Assembly (NCBI RefSeq): GCF_001194135.2
Contig: NC_068994.1
Coordinates: forward strand, 37,211,417 to 37,251,459
Direction of reading: 5' to 3'
DNA length: 40,043 nucleotides
Source: Octopus bimaculoides
Taxonomy: Eukaryota
Position numbers and translations under genes: made by a program. The notes under the pieces were generated by a model that saw only the letters and a list, made by a program, of their open reading frames with translations, ran no database searches and had not been told where the DNA came from. Of this stretch, positions 1-12,366 are shown piece by piece (position 1 is the stretch's first letter; every line of letters begins with the position of its first letter).

Positions 1-37
<37 letters not shown>

Positions 38-83
38 TAGATAGATATATAAAAACACACACACATATATACACACATGTGCA

Positions 84-116
<33 letters not shown>

Positions 117-120
117 GCAT
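1..120. repeat. (TA)n/(CA)n compound microsatellite
   Basis: Directly visible dinucleotide runs; source of the HT-repeat ORF at 79-267. Confidence 0.95.
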
Positions 121-285
121 ATAAACATTTTCAGGATTCGAAAGAATATCAGGTATTTCAATAGTAAAAGCATCAAGGTAGAGTCAGGGATAATGCACCT
201 GTGTACTGTGTGTCACCAAAGTTATACAGGAGCAACCTCACAATACACATTCCATCATCAACTGTAGACTTTAGATCCAAGTGTA

Positions 286-640
<355 letters not shown>

Positions 641-1560
641 TCAATGTACAAACAAGAAATAAAATTACAAAATTACTCAAGATTATTGCTTCATTGTCAC
701 TAGTAGGTAGTTTTATGTTACCAATGTTCACACAACAAAAAAAATAAACTGTCATGATATTTTGGAACCAGTATATTTAGAATTTGCATTAGATGTTGAT
801 ATAGCAATTGAGATGAATATGAGATGTAGTGGCAATCATCATCAGTGGGAAGGAAATTAAACAAACTATTACAAAGTTAATATGATGAGATGTTAAAATT
901 AAACAATTTAACTCTGAATATTTGTACATTTACATACCTACAAAAAGGATAAACACAATACCACTAGACACATATGCACATCTTGCATGCATATATACAA
1001 TACGCATATATATATGCACACACACACACACACACACATGCATACAAGCATATGTATATATACATGTATACATATATAGTGACCGTGGAAAATTTCCCAT
1101 GGGTTCATAGCATATTAGTAACACAGAGCGAAGTGCAGGTTACTATTCTTGATGTGAGCCTTGAATGATTATTATTTTTAATTAATTGAAATTCCAGCCC
1201 TAATGAGAAAAATAATTCATTAGCATTAATTAATTTTTATTCTCAAAGGGGTACAACAGAGAATTTTAAAAATTATTGAAAAAAAAATTCATTTTAATTA
1301 TTTAAATACTTATTTAATGAAAGTTTTAGATGTAAAATATTACTTCTGTTTGGAAGTCCAAGTTTCTGGCAACCATAAGTGGATTTTGGTTAACTAAAAC
1401 GACTGAAACATGTCTAAAGTTCTACCACTGATTGCTGAAGATCAAACTTATTGCCCCATTCCACTTACATCTTTATATATTTCCACACAAATTGAAGAGA
1501 GGAAAATTATGTTTACCAGTGTGTATGTGTGTGTGTGACTGTGTGTATATATATACATAT

Positions 1561-2093
1561 ATCATCATCGTCATCGTTGTCTTCATCATTATCATCATTT
1601 AATATCTGTTCTCCATGCTGACAAGAGTTAAACACTTTGACAAGAGCTGGCCAGCCAAAGAGCTGCCCAGGCTCCAGTTGTCTGTTTAGGCATTGTTTCT
1701 ATGGCTGGGTGGCCTTTCCCAATGTCAAATACTGGGTGCTTTAAATGTGACACCACCTTGAGCACTTTTATGTGACTCTTGTACAGGTGCTTTTACATGA
1801 CACCAGATTGGGTACTTTTATGTGGCACTGGCACAAGCGTTTTTATGTGGAGCTGGCACAGGCATTTTGATGTGGAACCAGCATGGGCACTTTTACTCTG
1901 CATGAACACCAATGAGCCCACAAGACTAGGATCTCTTAGCTGCGAGATGGGTGTAGAGGACATGCCTTTATGCATCGATGGCCACAGTTTTACTTAGCTT
2001 GTCATGTCTTCTGAAGCACAACAAACTGCCAGAAGTCTCAGTCCCTTGTCATCTCCTCTGTGAGGCCCAATGTCTGAAGATCCTTTCTCACCA
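1561..2093 (-). mobile_element. 5'-truncated RTE-clade LINE (ORF C-terminus, 3' UTR and (ATG)n tail)
   Basis: Minus-strand translation of about 1991-2091 gives VRKDLQTLGLTEEMTRD*DFWQFVVLQKT*QAK*, typical of an RTE ORF C-terminus. The 3' UTR has about 6 degenerate 22-25 bp subrepeats (1735-1900) and a GGCTGGGTGGCCTTTCC motif, and there is a CAT-repeat tail at 1561-1598. Confidence 0.8.
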
Positions 2094-2155
2094 TTAAAAT
2101 TTTCTATCAGAATATTATGCTAATTTATGCTACAAACATCTGTTTAATAATAACA

Positions 2156-3010
2156 TACAAGGAGGTAACCAAAAGCAACCAGAAACATTCCCTGTGAGAC
2201 AATCCCATTGTAGTTCAGGCTTCTGCTGCTAGCAGCCACTTGATGTGACCCTCAGACTGCCATCATCAAATAAAATCATACTGCCATGGGTGCATCTTTG
2301 TTTTGCAATGCTTCTCCCCTATTTGTCAATTTTTTCCATGGCTGAAACAAAGGAACAGCATGCTGCCATGAAATTCTGTTTTCTGCTGGGGAAACCAGTG
2401 GCCAAAACGATTGCCATGCTTCAGACAAGGACACTGTGCCATGAGCAAAACACAAGTTTATGAGACGTTTTCAGACTTTAGGAATGATCACTTGTCGCTT
2501 GAAGACCTACCTTGTTCAGGGCGTCTGTCAGCTNNNNNNNNNNATCACTTGTCGCTTGAAGACCTACCTTGTTCAGGGCGTCTGTCAGCTTCCCAAATGA
2601 ATGAAAGCATCATGAAAATTCATGAACTGATCTTGGAGGACCATCACTGAGCAATTGAAGAGCTTGTTAATATGACTGGTGTGTCCTGGAGCTCCTGCCA
2701 ACGAATTTTGAGCAAGGAATTGTGAATGAAAAGAGTTGCAGTAAAATCTGTGCTTCGTTTCCTCATGGAAGATCAAAAGCAGTCACAACTGAGTGCATGT
2801 CATGAACTGAAAGAACAGTTGAAAGTTGATCAAGACCTTTTTTCGAAGGTCATCACTGGTGACAAAAGCTAGCACTATGGAATTTGCAGATGTGGAAAAG
2901 GTGAAGAAAAAACACAACAGAGACATTAAAAGCTATCATTTTGCAAGAGTTCCAACACTGCTTCGAACAGTGGAAAATTTGAACTTATTGTTTCTCACGG
3001 AGGTTGAGAT
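2156..3010 (+). pseudogene. Internally deleted mariner (Tc1/mariner) transposon; transposase pseudogene
   Basis: TA plus TIR-like ACAAGGAGGTAACCAAAAGCAACCAGAA at 2156. From ATG 2338 across frameshifts: MAETKEQHAAMKFCFLLGKPVAKTIAML..MSKTQVYE..SGRLS..TIEELVNMTGVSWSSCQRILSKEL..FSKVITGDKS, which joins directly to C-terminal FADVEKVKKK..LQEFQHCFEQWK. No right TIR recognised. Confidence 0.9.
2534..2543. other. Assembly gap (10 N) flanked by an identical 47-bp duplication
   Basis: 2487-2533 is identical to 2544-2590; typical of an unmerged contig overlap. Confidence 0.9.
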
Positions 3011-3273
3011 AAAAGATAGTTAGTTTAGCATCCTTTGGAGAAAGCCTATGATCTTGTGGTTTGGTATCTGGGCTGTGTCATAAAACTGTGGAATGATTCC
3101 CAATCCAAGGGACACGAGCAAGCATTTTATTTCACAACACTCCAATCCATTCAGCTAGCCATTATGAATATTAAAACTCTTGGACAGTCCAGAAAGCACC
3201 AAGTTAGTGTGGCAGTGTTAATGAGTCAATGGTAGGACAAAAATCTTCAGGTTTGAAGAAGGATACATCTATC

Positions 3274-3656
3274 GTTGTTGGCACTCCGTCGCTTACAACG
3301 TTGAGGGTTCCAGTTGATCCAATCAACGGAACAGCCTGCTCGTGAAATTAACGTGCAAGTGGCTGAGCACTCCACAGACACGTGTACCCTTAACGTAGTT
3401 CTCGGGGATATTCAGCGTGACACAGTGTGACAAGGCTGACTCTTTGAATTACAGGCACAACAGAAACAGGAAGTAAGAGTGAGAGAAAGTTGTGGTGAAA
3501 GAGTACAGCAGGATTCACCACCATCCCCTGCCGGAGCCTCGTGGAGCTTTAGGTGTTTTCACTCAATAAACACTCGCAACGCCCGGTCTGGGAATCGAAA
3601 CCGCGATCCTATGACCGCGAGTCCGCTGCCCTAACCACTGGGTCATTGCACCTCCA
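3274..3656 (-). mobile_element. Full-length tRNA-derived SINE (family B1, tRNA-Arg-like head)
   Basis: Reverse-complement head GGAGGTGCAATGACCCAGTGGTTAGGGCAGCGGACTCGCGG..GTTTCGATTCC carries Pol III A and B boxes. CTATC flanks both sides (3269-3273, 3657-3661). The 3' 150 bp is shared with the SINE at 22832. Confidence 0.9.
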
Positions 3657-4014
3657 CTATCAATGAACTGCTATATATCTTGGTGCTTCACCTTAACAAC
3701 CTTTGCTAAGTCACAATCTTGCACCATAAAGCATTGACTTTTGCAATGATATCATCTGATCTGGGAAATACACTAACATTAATTCCTTTCTATTTCAGGG
3801 TTGTCTCCCTTGTCTTTCTTAACCAGAATTAGTCATTTTAAAAATTAACTTTTTCCTTCTACACTGGGAATATAATTTTAACTAATTAAAATTTCGTTGT
3901 TCATGTTATTAAATATGTGAGCATCTGTTTTATTATTGATATCTTTTGTTATTTAAAAAAAAAATGAGTGCATACATATTTGATTGTAATCTTATATACT
4001 ACAAAGTCTGCTTG

Positions 4015-4290
4015 ATCTACTTGAAATAGCAACCAAATCTTCAAATAACACTATTGCTAATGTAGTCCTCATTACTGTAAAGTTTCTCAACCTGTAAGAA
4101 GCAGCAGCTAAATCTTCTTCAATAACATTATGTCATCTGTAGGAAAAAAGGAGAGGAAATATTTCACAATCAAGTTCTACTTACCCTTAAAAAGACAAAA
4201 TTGTAACAACTGGAATAACTTTAATCATAAGGTTTACTGATCTGGACTGAGCTAGGGCTAAACAAAAGCAACAACAACAACAACTACTGT
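4015..4290 (+). repeat. Degenerate copies of ~200-bp (CAA)n-tailed repeat (family D)
   Basis: Two GAAATAGCAGCCAAATCT-like motifs and the tail GGGCTAAACAAAAGCAACAACAAC match the copies at 19240-19830, 26950 and 31077. Confidence 0.6.
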
Positions 4291-4357
4291 GAGAACGTGG
4301 ACTGAATATGATTTATCATGTAAAACAATACGGGAGAAGTTTTTATCTTAAGCTCAG

Positions 4358-4586
4358 CCTCAACCGTTTCGTATTCAGATTATTCTATCAAATGTAATGC
4401 TTATTTATTGACATTGTCTTGTATTAATCATGCATTATTTCATAGCTTTGAGATTTCAATGGTTTAATTACTTATTTCTAGAATGACATTTCAGGGTAGA
4501 TGTGAAAGGCAGGATCTGACCTGCTTGAATATAAAATTGGTAAGAATATTTGGGCTGGATATGGTCAGTTTAAATCTTAAAGGGCT
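4358..4586 (-). mobile_element. piggyBac-like MITE (family P1), degenerate
   Basis: Internal sequence matches the intact TTAA-flanked copy at 32834-33032 in reverse orientation. Confidence 0.75.
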
Positions 4587-4744
4587 GGAGTAGTTCTCCA
4601 TTCATACAAGTTGTTGTTATCATTGTTGCTGTCACTGTTGATTTGGCATATCTCAGCTCTGAGCAGGCAGATCTATGGCCAGAGTTATTCTGACCATGAC
4701 TGTCCATTCTTTTAAATGTATATTCCACTATGTTTTTTTTTTTC

Positions 4745-4964
4745 ACTTTTTTCAGTTATTTCACTGCGGCCATGCTGGAGCACTGCCTTAAAGAGTTATA
4801 GTTGAAGAAATCGCCCCCAGGACTTATTTCGTGTAAGTCTAGTACTTATTCTATTGGTCTCTTTTGCTGAACCACTAAGTTACGGGGACATAAATACACA
4901 CCAGTATCAGTTGTCAAGTGATGGTGGGAGGACAAACACAGATGCACACACATAAATATATACA

Positions 4965-4996
<32 letters not shown>

Positions 4997-5003
4997 TATA
5001 TAA

Positions 5004-5042
<39 letters not shown>

Positions 5043-5079
5043 TATACACATATATATATACGANNNNNNNNNNNNNNNN

Positions 5080-5120
<41 letters not shown>

Positions 5121-5289
5121 TATACACATATATATATACGACGGGTTTCTTTCTGTTTACCAAATCCACTCACAAGGCTTAGGTCTGCCTGAGGCCATAG
5201 TAGAAGACAATTGCTCAAGGTATCATGCAGTGGGACTGAACCCAGAACCATGTGGCTGGGAAGCTAGCTTTTTACCACACAGCCACACC
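4745..5289 (-). mobile_element. tRNA-derived SINE family A, full length with internal microsatellite (16-N gap at 5064-5079)
   Basis: Head GGTGTGGCTGTGTGG..GGTTCAGTCCC at 5289-5140, TA/CA microsatellite at 4945-5137, and tail ending GCTCCAGCATGGCCGCAGTGAAATAACTGAAAA. Same architecture as the copy at 21673-22106. Confidence 0.9.
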
Positions 5290-6118
5290 AGTTGTTTAAT
5301 ATGTTTATCTTTTTCCCTTATTCAAGATAGTTTTAGCCATCATAACCAAAACCATGTTGGAAAATTGCCTGCATCAGTGAGTGTAATTTGAGAGAGACTA
5401 GGCAGCTATTTCTACCAAGCTGAATCTAAACATAAAGGCTCAAACAGTAACACATTTCTATACCAATTTAAACCACTGGAGATATCTAAGTTGCATCATT
5501 AATGAAATAAAATGAAGTACTTTGAACCAAGCAAAATTAAGGAAGCCAGATGTCTTTATGTGTAATAGCACCAAAGGAGATGGTGATGATGATGATGCTG
5601 GTTGTGGCATTGGTGGTGTTGATATTTTCCAATCTTCATTGTCTTCTTTACATTTAAATCAGTTTGAATCATTAGAAATATTAGGAAGTAACATATGTAC
5701 TAAGGAGGATATTTAAAGTTAAAAGTTGTCCACAAGAAGTGTAAGGAGCATGGCAGCTATTCTTTTGTGGAAAGAAATAGCTTTTGTGTTGTGTGATTGT
5801 TCAACATTGCTGTGTTGTCATGCCATTGTTGGAGAAAACAGTGACAGTCTATACAACAATGCAAGAAGTGGATGACAGATTATAGCTTCTGATGTAAGAA
5901 TGATTACAAGTGTAATTGAATTATGCTTAGAAAAGAATCCTTTACTTGCAAGTATGAGGCTTATGGTTACATATTTTCTTAGTTCTTGTTAATTGTCAGA
6001 GCAAAGAGAAAAGAAGAGAATGAAGTACTTGATGAATATGGACTAATTCAAAAGTGCATTATTTGAAGTTCATTGATAGTGTTGTAATATATAACACCAT
6101 CGCCTAGAAGATCAATAC

Positions 6119-6125
6119 TTGTTCA

Positions 6126-6161
<36 letters not shown>

Positions 6162-6187
6162 TGTATGTATGTATGTATGTATGTATG

Positions 6188-6219
<32 letters not shown>

Positions 6220-7005
6220 NNNNNNNNNNNNNNNNNNNNNNNNNNNNNNNNNNNNNNNNNNNNNNNNNNNNNNNNNNNNNNNNNNNNNNNNNNNNNNNNN
6301 NNNNNNNNNNNNNNNNNNNNNNNNNNNNNNNNNNNNNNNNNNNNNNNNNNNNNNNNNNNNNNNNNNNNNNNNNNNNNNNNNNNNNNNNNNNNNNNNNNNN
6401 NNNNNNNNNNNNNNNNNNNNNNNNNNNNNNNNNNNNNNNNNNNNNNNNNNNNNNNNNNNNNNNNNNNNNNNNNNNNNNNNNNNNNNNNNNNNNNNNNNNN
6501 NNNNNNNNNNNNNNNNNNNNNNNNNNNNNNNNNNNNNNNNNNNNNNNNNNNNNNNNNNNNNNNNNNNNNNNNNNNNNNNNNNNNNNNNNNNNNNNNNNNN
6601 NNNNNNNNNNNNNNNNNNNNNNNNNNNNNNNNNNNNNNNNNNNNNNNNNNNNNNNNNNNNNNNNNNNNNNNNNNNNNNNNNNNNNNNNNNNNNNNNNNNN
6701 NNNNNNNNNNNNNNNNNNNNNNNNNNNNNNNNNNNNNNNNNNNNNNNNNNNNNNNNNNNNNNNNNNNNNNNNNNNNNNNNNNNNNNNNNNNNNNNNNNNN
6801 NNNNNNNNNNNNNNNNNNNNNNNNNNNNNNNNNNNNNNNNNNNNNNNNNNNNNNNNNNNNNNNNNNNNNNNNNNNNNNNNNNNNNNNNNNNNNNNNNNNN
6901 NNNNNNNNNNNNNNNNNNNNNNNNNNNNNNNNNNNNNNNNNNNNNNNNNATTTATATATATATATTTATATATTTATATATATATATTTATATATATATA
7001 TATAT
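6119..7005. repeat. (TATG)n/(TA)n microsatellite around a 730-N gap (6220-6949)
   Basis: Directly visible. Confidence 0.9.
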
Positions 7006-7172
7006 ACGACAGGCTTCTTTCAGTTTCCATCTACCAAATCCACTCACAAGGCTTTGATTGGCCTGAGGCTATAGTAGAAGACACTTGCCCAAAGTGCCAC
7101 ACAGTGGGACTAAACCCAGAACCATGTGGCTGGTAAGCAAGTTAATTACCACACAGTCACTCCTGTGCCTAT
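7006..7172 (-). mobile_element. SINE family A, head half
   Basis: High similarity to the heads at 5140-5289 and 21941-22106. Confidence 0.9.
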
Positions 7173-7175
7173 ATA

Positions 7176-7350
7176 TTCTTTTATTCTTTTACTTGTTTCA
7201 GGTATTTGAGTGTGACCATGCTGGAGCACTGACTTGTTCTTTGTAAGTCTAGTACTGATTCTATCAGTCTCTTTTGCTGACTGCTAGGTTACAGGGATGT
7301 AAACACACCAACCTCAGTTTTCAGGTGATGGGGAACACAGACACAACACA
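7176..7350 (-). mobile_element. SINE family A, tail half (no head found beyond its microsatellite)
   Basis: TTCTTTTACTTGTTTCAG..CCATGCTGGAGCACTG..GTAAACACACCAAC matches the family A tail. Confidence 0.85.
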
Positions 7351-7381
7351 CAAATACATACATACATATATACATACAAAT

Positions 7382-7418
<37 letters not shown>

Positions 7419-7542
7419 GGTTAGGTAATATTCTGTTAAATACATAATAAAGCTCATCCGACTATCAGATTTCACCCAGTGCTATCCAGATTTGCGTTGG
7501 GGCTTCTGTAGTGGGTGAATGGATAATTGAAGAAGTTGACAC

Positions 7543-7968
7543 CAACAAGAAGGAGTGCAGAGGAACATTTATTTGTAATCACTACTATTGTTTCCATGCC
7601 ATCTAGTTCTCCAGGTTCATAGGTATTTGGTTATGTAACCATTTCCCTGCGTTATGAAATCTTTTGTTTCATCAGGTGATATCTGAATATTGTTTGTGTG
7701 TTCCTTAAACTCAAATTTTTGACTTGAATCACATCATTCCTCTCTCTGTCATGGCTATATGACAGAGACAGAAAGGATATGGCTGAAGCTGAAAATATGA
7801 GTTTATGGAACACAGAAATAACATTTATATATCACCTGATGAAACAAAAGATCTCACAATGCAGGGAAACGGTTACACAACTAAATACTTGCAAACATGG
7901 ATAACTACATTTCGTGGAAACAATTGTAGTGATTACAAGTAAATGTTCCTCTGAACTCCTTCTTGTTG
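7543..7968. repeat. Foldback: 140-bp inverted arms with 146-bp spacer
   Basis: Hand alignment of 7543-7682 with the reverse complement of 7829-7968 gives 19 mismatches and no indels (86%). Confidence 0.95.
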
Positions 7969-7980
7969 ACTCAAATTTAT

Positions 7981-8404
7981 TCACACACACACAGACACAC
8001 ACACACACACACACATACACACACACACATACACACACACACACATACATCTATATATATATANNNNNNNNNNNNNNNNNNNNNNNNNNNNNNNNNNNNN
8101 NNNNNNNNNNNNNNNNNNNNNNNNNNNNNNNNNNNNNNNNNNNNNNNNNNNNNNNNNNNNNNNNNNNNNNNNNNNNNNNNNNNNNNNNNNNNNNNNNNNN
8201 NNNNNNNNNNNNNNNNNNNNNNNNNNNNNNNNNNNNNNNNNNNNNNNNNNNNNNNNNNNNNNNNNNNNNNNNNNNNNNNNNNNNNNNNNNNNNNNNNNNN
8301 NNNNNNNNNNNNNNNNNNNNNNNNNNNNNNNNNNNNNNNNNNNNNNNNNNNNNNNNNNNNNNNNNNNNNNNNNNNNNNNNNNNNNNNNNNNNNNNNNNNN
8401 NNNN

Positions 8405-8458
<54 letters not shown>

Positions 8459-8460
8459 GC
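7981..8460. repeat. (CA)n/(TA)n microsatellite around a 341-N gap (8064-8404)
   Basis: Directly visible. Confidence 0.9.
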
Positions 8461-8689
8461 ATATATTAATATATGCATGAAAATACAGTCATATATGTAT
8501 GCATATATAAATGTATGAATGTTTACTTTCAGCAAGAAGTTATGCAGGAAAACAATTTAACATTAAATTGAAGGATTATTCAATATGTTCTGGAAGAGGA
8601 CATATTTATTAATATTTACAAAAGAAAGGTTGACAGTGACTTTAAGGATGCAGTTTACTCTCTGTCAGTGGCAAGCAAACCACAACATA

Positions 8690-8923
8690 TATAGATATAT
8701 ATGTGTGTCTATGTTGTGTGTGTGTGAGTGTGTGTGTGTGTGTGAGTGTGTGTGTGTGTGTTTGTGTGCATTATGATGAACATTTAATGTTCATTTTCTC
8801 GGTGGCCTTGGTTAGGTGGTCCAATCTATATATATGTATATATATGAATGTCTGTGTGCGTGTATCTATATCTATATATATGTGTGTGTGTGTGTATGTA
8901 TGCATCTATGTCTATATATATAT

Positions 8924-8954
<31 letters not shown>

Positions 8955-9070
8955 TACATACACATACATATACACATATACATATGCACACACACATATC
9001 TATATGTGCATGTATGTGTATGTGTCTATGTGTGCATGTATATATGTATGTATGTATGTATGTACATGCA
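8690..9070. repeat. Compound TG/TA/TAGA/GA/TATG microsatellite field
   Basis: Directly visible. Confidence 0.9.
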
Positions 9071-10280
9071 TTATATGCCTCAATGTATCTTTCAGTATTA
9101 TATTATGTTCTCTATTTACTCTAATGTAATCCTCATTTTCAGTTCATATTCTGTGAGCTATGTTCAAAGTAAATTCATTTGTGTAATTGTTTTCTCTTGT
9201 ACATTGTTGAGCTTAGACATTAAATAATTCTACTATCATGAAATGAAGGAATGTGCAGAATTGTTTTCAGGAAAAAGTATATAAATAAATAAATAAATAA
9301 TAAAAAAATAAAAATGAATAAATGAATGAATAAATAAAATCAGGCTGGATCTCTGGGCCACTCCTTCATATTTAGGTTATTATCTCTAGCTTTGAACAGA
9401 GCTGACAATCTGCTTAACAAATAATCTTTGATGTTTTTACACATTCTTCTGTGAGCCTATTCCATTTATCTACTGTTCTCATCAAAAGACAGGAATTTAA
9501 TTTACTGCAAACATTTTCCTCTTACCATCACTATCATCTCTCTTCTCTGCTATTTCCCAATCTCTTTATATAATATATATAATATATATATATATATATA
9601 CACATATATATATATTTCATTCCTTTCAACATTTACCAATCTCTGTCTTTCACTCTCTCTCTTCCTCGCTTTCTCTTTTACCCTCTCTTTCTCTCTCTCC
9701 CCCTCTCTATTATATATACATTCTTTTATTCAAGGTGAGTATTATTATTTTTTTTCCTCTTTCTGACCATATTATTTAAATTAGAAACCAGTCAGATTTA
9801 TTCTAAAGCATGCTGCCTCTAATTATATTCATGGCCTAAGAGGTCTGACATTGATCATTTTATAAGAAAAGTATATTTCAGAGAGTTAATATGAAGGCTT
9901 CAATAGTAATTTCATGTTTTTGCTGTTATGGTCACATGCTGTTTACAGACTCAGAGCTCCTCCTTTCTTCTCCTTCTACTTAAGTTGTTCTCTCTATTCT
10001 GTTGAGCTCCATTTTTTATTTCTCTTAATTTCTTTTTTTTATTTCTTTCTCGGTGGGGGTGGGTGGTGGAAGAGAATTGTACTTGTCTAGCAAATGATTT
10101 GATCTGAGACCAGTCATGTGTTGGATGTAATTGCACAATTTTTCTTGTTTATGTTGTTCACCCATGGGACCAGCTTTACATAGTTTTCTTGGTCCTCTGT
10201 CTTAGCTATTCCTATTTGTTTACCTTACAGCCTAATGCTTTTAATGTAGAACTTACAAGTCAACAAGGGAAACTCCTTGC

Positions 10281-10536
10281 TAAAGATTCTCTACCAGGAT
10301 CCATATGGTCCTTTGGGGTCCATATAAGATTTTATTATTAAAATTTATCCCCAATAAATTGATTCATGCTTCTACAGTGCACAAAATATCTTGATAATTA
10401 TTTTCATTTGATTCTTAATAATATTTAATTATAAAAATATAATAGGATTTTTTAAACATTGAGTGCCTATGAGGGTCCACCCAAGTAAAACAGGTATCAA
10501 AGTGGTCCATAGGTAAAAAATGGTTGAGAAACACAG
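10281..10536 (+). mobile_element. hAT (Charlie-like) MITE
   Basis: Right end GGTTGAGAAACACAG resembles CAGTGGTTCTCAACC-type TIRs; the body aligns with 19977-20235. No TSD recognised. Confidence 0.7.
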
Positions 10537-10734
10537 CATAGAGTCTATGCAGCTAATTGTCCTGATGGATATAGCAGCCAAAGCATCTTCTAGTTACCTT
10601 TCAATTTTAATATTTATCCTTTTTCACTGCAGAGACCACATTCAAGTATATAACTGTAACACCTGTTGTTCCAATTGATATATGTTGCTTCATCTGATCC
10701 TAGAAGTCCATCGTTCTTAACTGGATCCCGGAGG

Positions 10735-10893
10735 CACTAGCATAGCTGCGGCTAGTGGGGAGAGGGGGGGGGGTCTGCCCCAGGTGGCACTTTTGGGTCT
10801 GCTGTAGACAACATGTGTTTTTTTTTTTGTGGGGTCCAGGGGCAGCAAACAGAAGGATCACCCAGGGCAACACATACTCTAGCTACACTAGTG
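10735..10893. mobile_element. Short hAT-like MITE with 13-bp TIRs
   Basis: CACTAGCATAGCT versus AGCTACACTAGTG (11/13 inverted match). The 8-bp flanks CCCGGAGG and TCTGAAGG differ only by three transitions, consistent with a decayed TSD. Confidence 0.6.
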
Positions 10894-11164
10894 TCTGAAG
10901 GTACTGTTTCCCACCATGAAAGTGTCAATCATCATCATCATCATCGTTATCATCATTGCTTCCACTGCTGCCATCATCATCATTATTATCATTTCCACTT
11001 TTCATGCTTACATATGTCATAATATATACTAAGGCAGAATTTCTGTGGTCAGATTCTCTATCTGACATTGACCTTTACGTGTTTCAAAGCACAGTACATG
11101 ACAACACTTCTAATCAGTTAAGATGAGAAGCCATGAGAGCCACTGCCTGGTATTGCATCAGAGC

Positions 11165-11405
11165 ATATTATTATCATCATCATCATCATCATCATCATTA
11201 TTATTATTATTATTATTATTATATGCTTAGCTTTTGCTTTATATTTGTACAAGTTGATTCCATGTTTCACCCAGCGACCTCAAGAGACAACAAGTTAGAA
11301 GTTCATGTCGGTGTTATAACTAGGGTGCCATATTTTTGGTTTTGCACAAAGTATTGTTCTAGGGAATGCCAGTCAAAACATTTGTTTTAAAAGTAATTGA
11401 ATTTG

Positions 11406-11462
<57 letters not shown>

Positions 11463-11500
11463 ATTATTATTATTATTATTATCATCATCATCATCATTAT
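11165..11500. repeat. Trinucleotide mosaics (CAT/TAT; TAC/TGC/TAT/CAT)
   Basis: Directly visible at 11165-11222 and 11405-11500. Confidence 0.9.
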
Positions 11501-12366
11501 CATCTTTCAGTTAGTCTAATAGCATACATTTGTGCAGCCATTTATCTACACCAAATTTTCCTGTCTGCTTATGTCTTTTGAAGTTTGCAGAGCCAATAGC
11601 CATTTAGAGACCCACTGCAATTGATTGACGAGAGAGCAATAGACCAAAATACAAGAGTGAAAGAAGATGGACTGCTGGGAAGGGTGATAGAAAAAGACAG
11701 AGGAGAGAGAGAAGGGCTAAGAAAGCACATCAAACATATATTTAGTCTGGACCAGTCCTTTTCTTCTTCGTAGCAGTCTGTATTTTTATAATCTTTGTAT
11801 TGGTAATGTAATAGGAAATAAGTCTTCTCCAGCTTGAACAAATTGATAGTTATCTACTTGTAAATCAAATGCTAGAATAGAATGATGAAGAAAAGAAAAT
11901 GCTAAAGAGAAAGCCATAGTAGACAATCACCTGACCTTGAAATTGTTTGCTGCTAATCCTGATTTTGCTTACTACTAATCCTGATTTGTGCTCCAAGAAT
12001 TATTGATATGAATTAATCAGTTAATGTTCAAATGTCAAATTCTTTAATCTTTCTAAATCTGATGTCATAATAAGAATTAAGCAGAAATGGATTGAATCTT
12101 GACTAGCAGCAGAGAGTTTGCATCTATTATGTAACTTCAAAATAATATTTAACTAGAATATTATAAAATCTTCTTCTTCTTCAAGCAGCCAAATCCTACC
12201 AGGAACCACTTGAATTGTAGACTAGAAAGTAACAAATCACTGCTATAATTTATAATGGCATGATTAAGAGCTAACAAAACCTGCTCAGCGACTCTGAAGT
12301 AGATGAATGCCAAAGTTGACCATGGCAGGATTTTGAACTCAAAATGTAGAGTGCTGGAACAAATAT

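Noticed and set aside
1735-1900. Regularly spaced 22-25 bp repeats superficially like a CRISPR array
   Set aside because: Degenerate, with no unique spacers, inside an RTE 3' UTR in eukaryotic DNA, and no cas genes are present.
2487-2590. 47-bp perfect tandem duplication inside the mariner
   Set aside because: It exactly flanks a 10-N gap, so it is an assembly overlap artefact.
3035-3235. ORF starting LEKAYDLVVWY, like the RT motif DLEKAYD
   Set aside because: Only one short motif matches; at best a very decayed LINE scrap, too weak to call.
3580-3657. tRNA-like sequences here and at 22832 and the other SINE heads
   Set aside because: They have A/B boxes but run on into SINE bodies, with no proper acceptor stem or terminator; they are not tRNA genes.
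5010-5140. Duplicated TA/CA block ending in ACGA
   Set aside because: It flanks a 16-N gap and is the same kind of artefact.
11600-11773. Protein-looking frame PFRDPLQLIDERAIDQNTRVKEDGLLGRVIEK...
   Set aside because: Purine-rich low complexity, an in-frame stop follows the best acceptor, there is no donor, and the length is within chance expectation.
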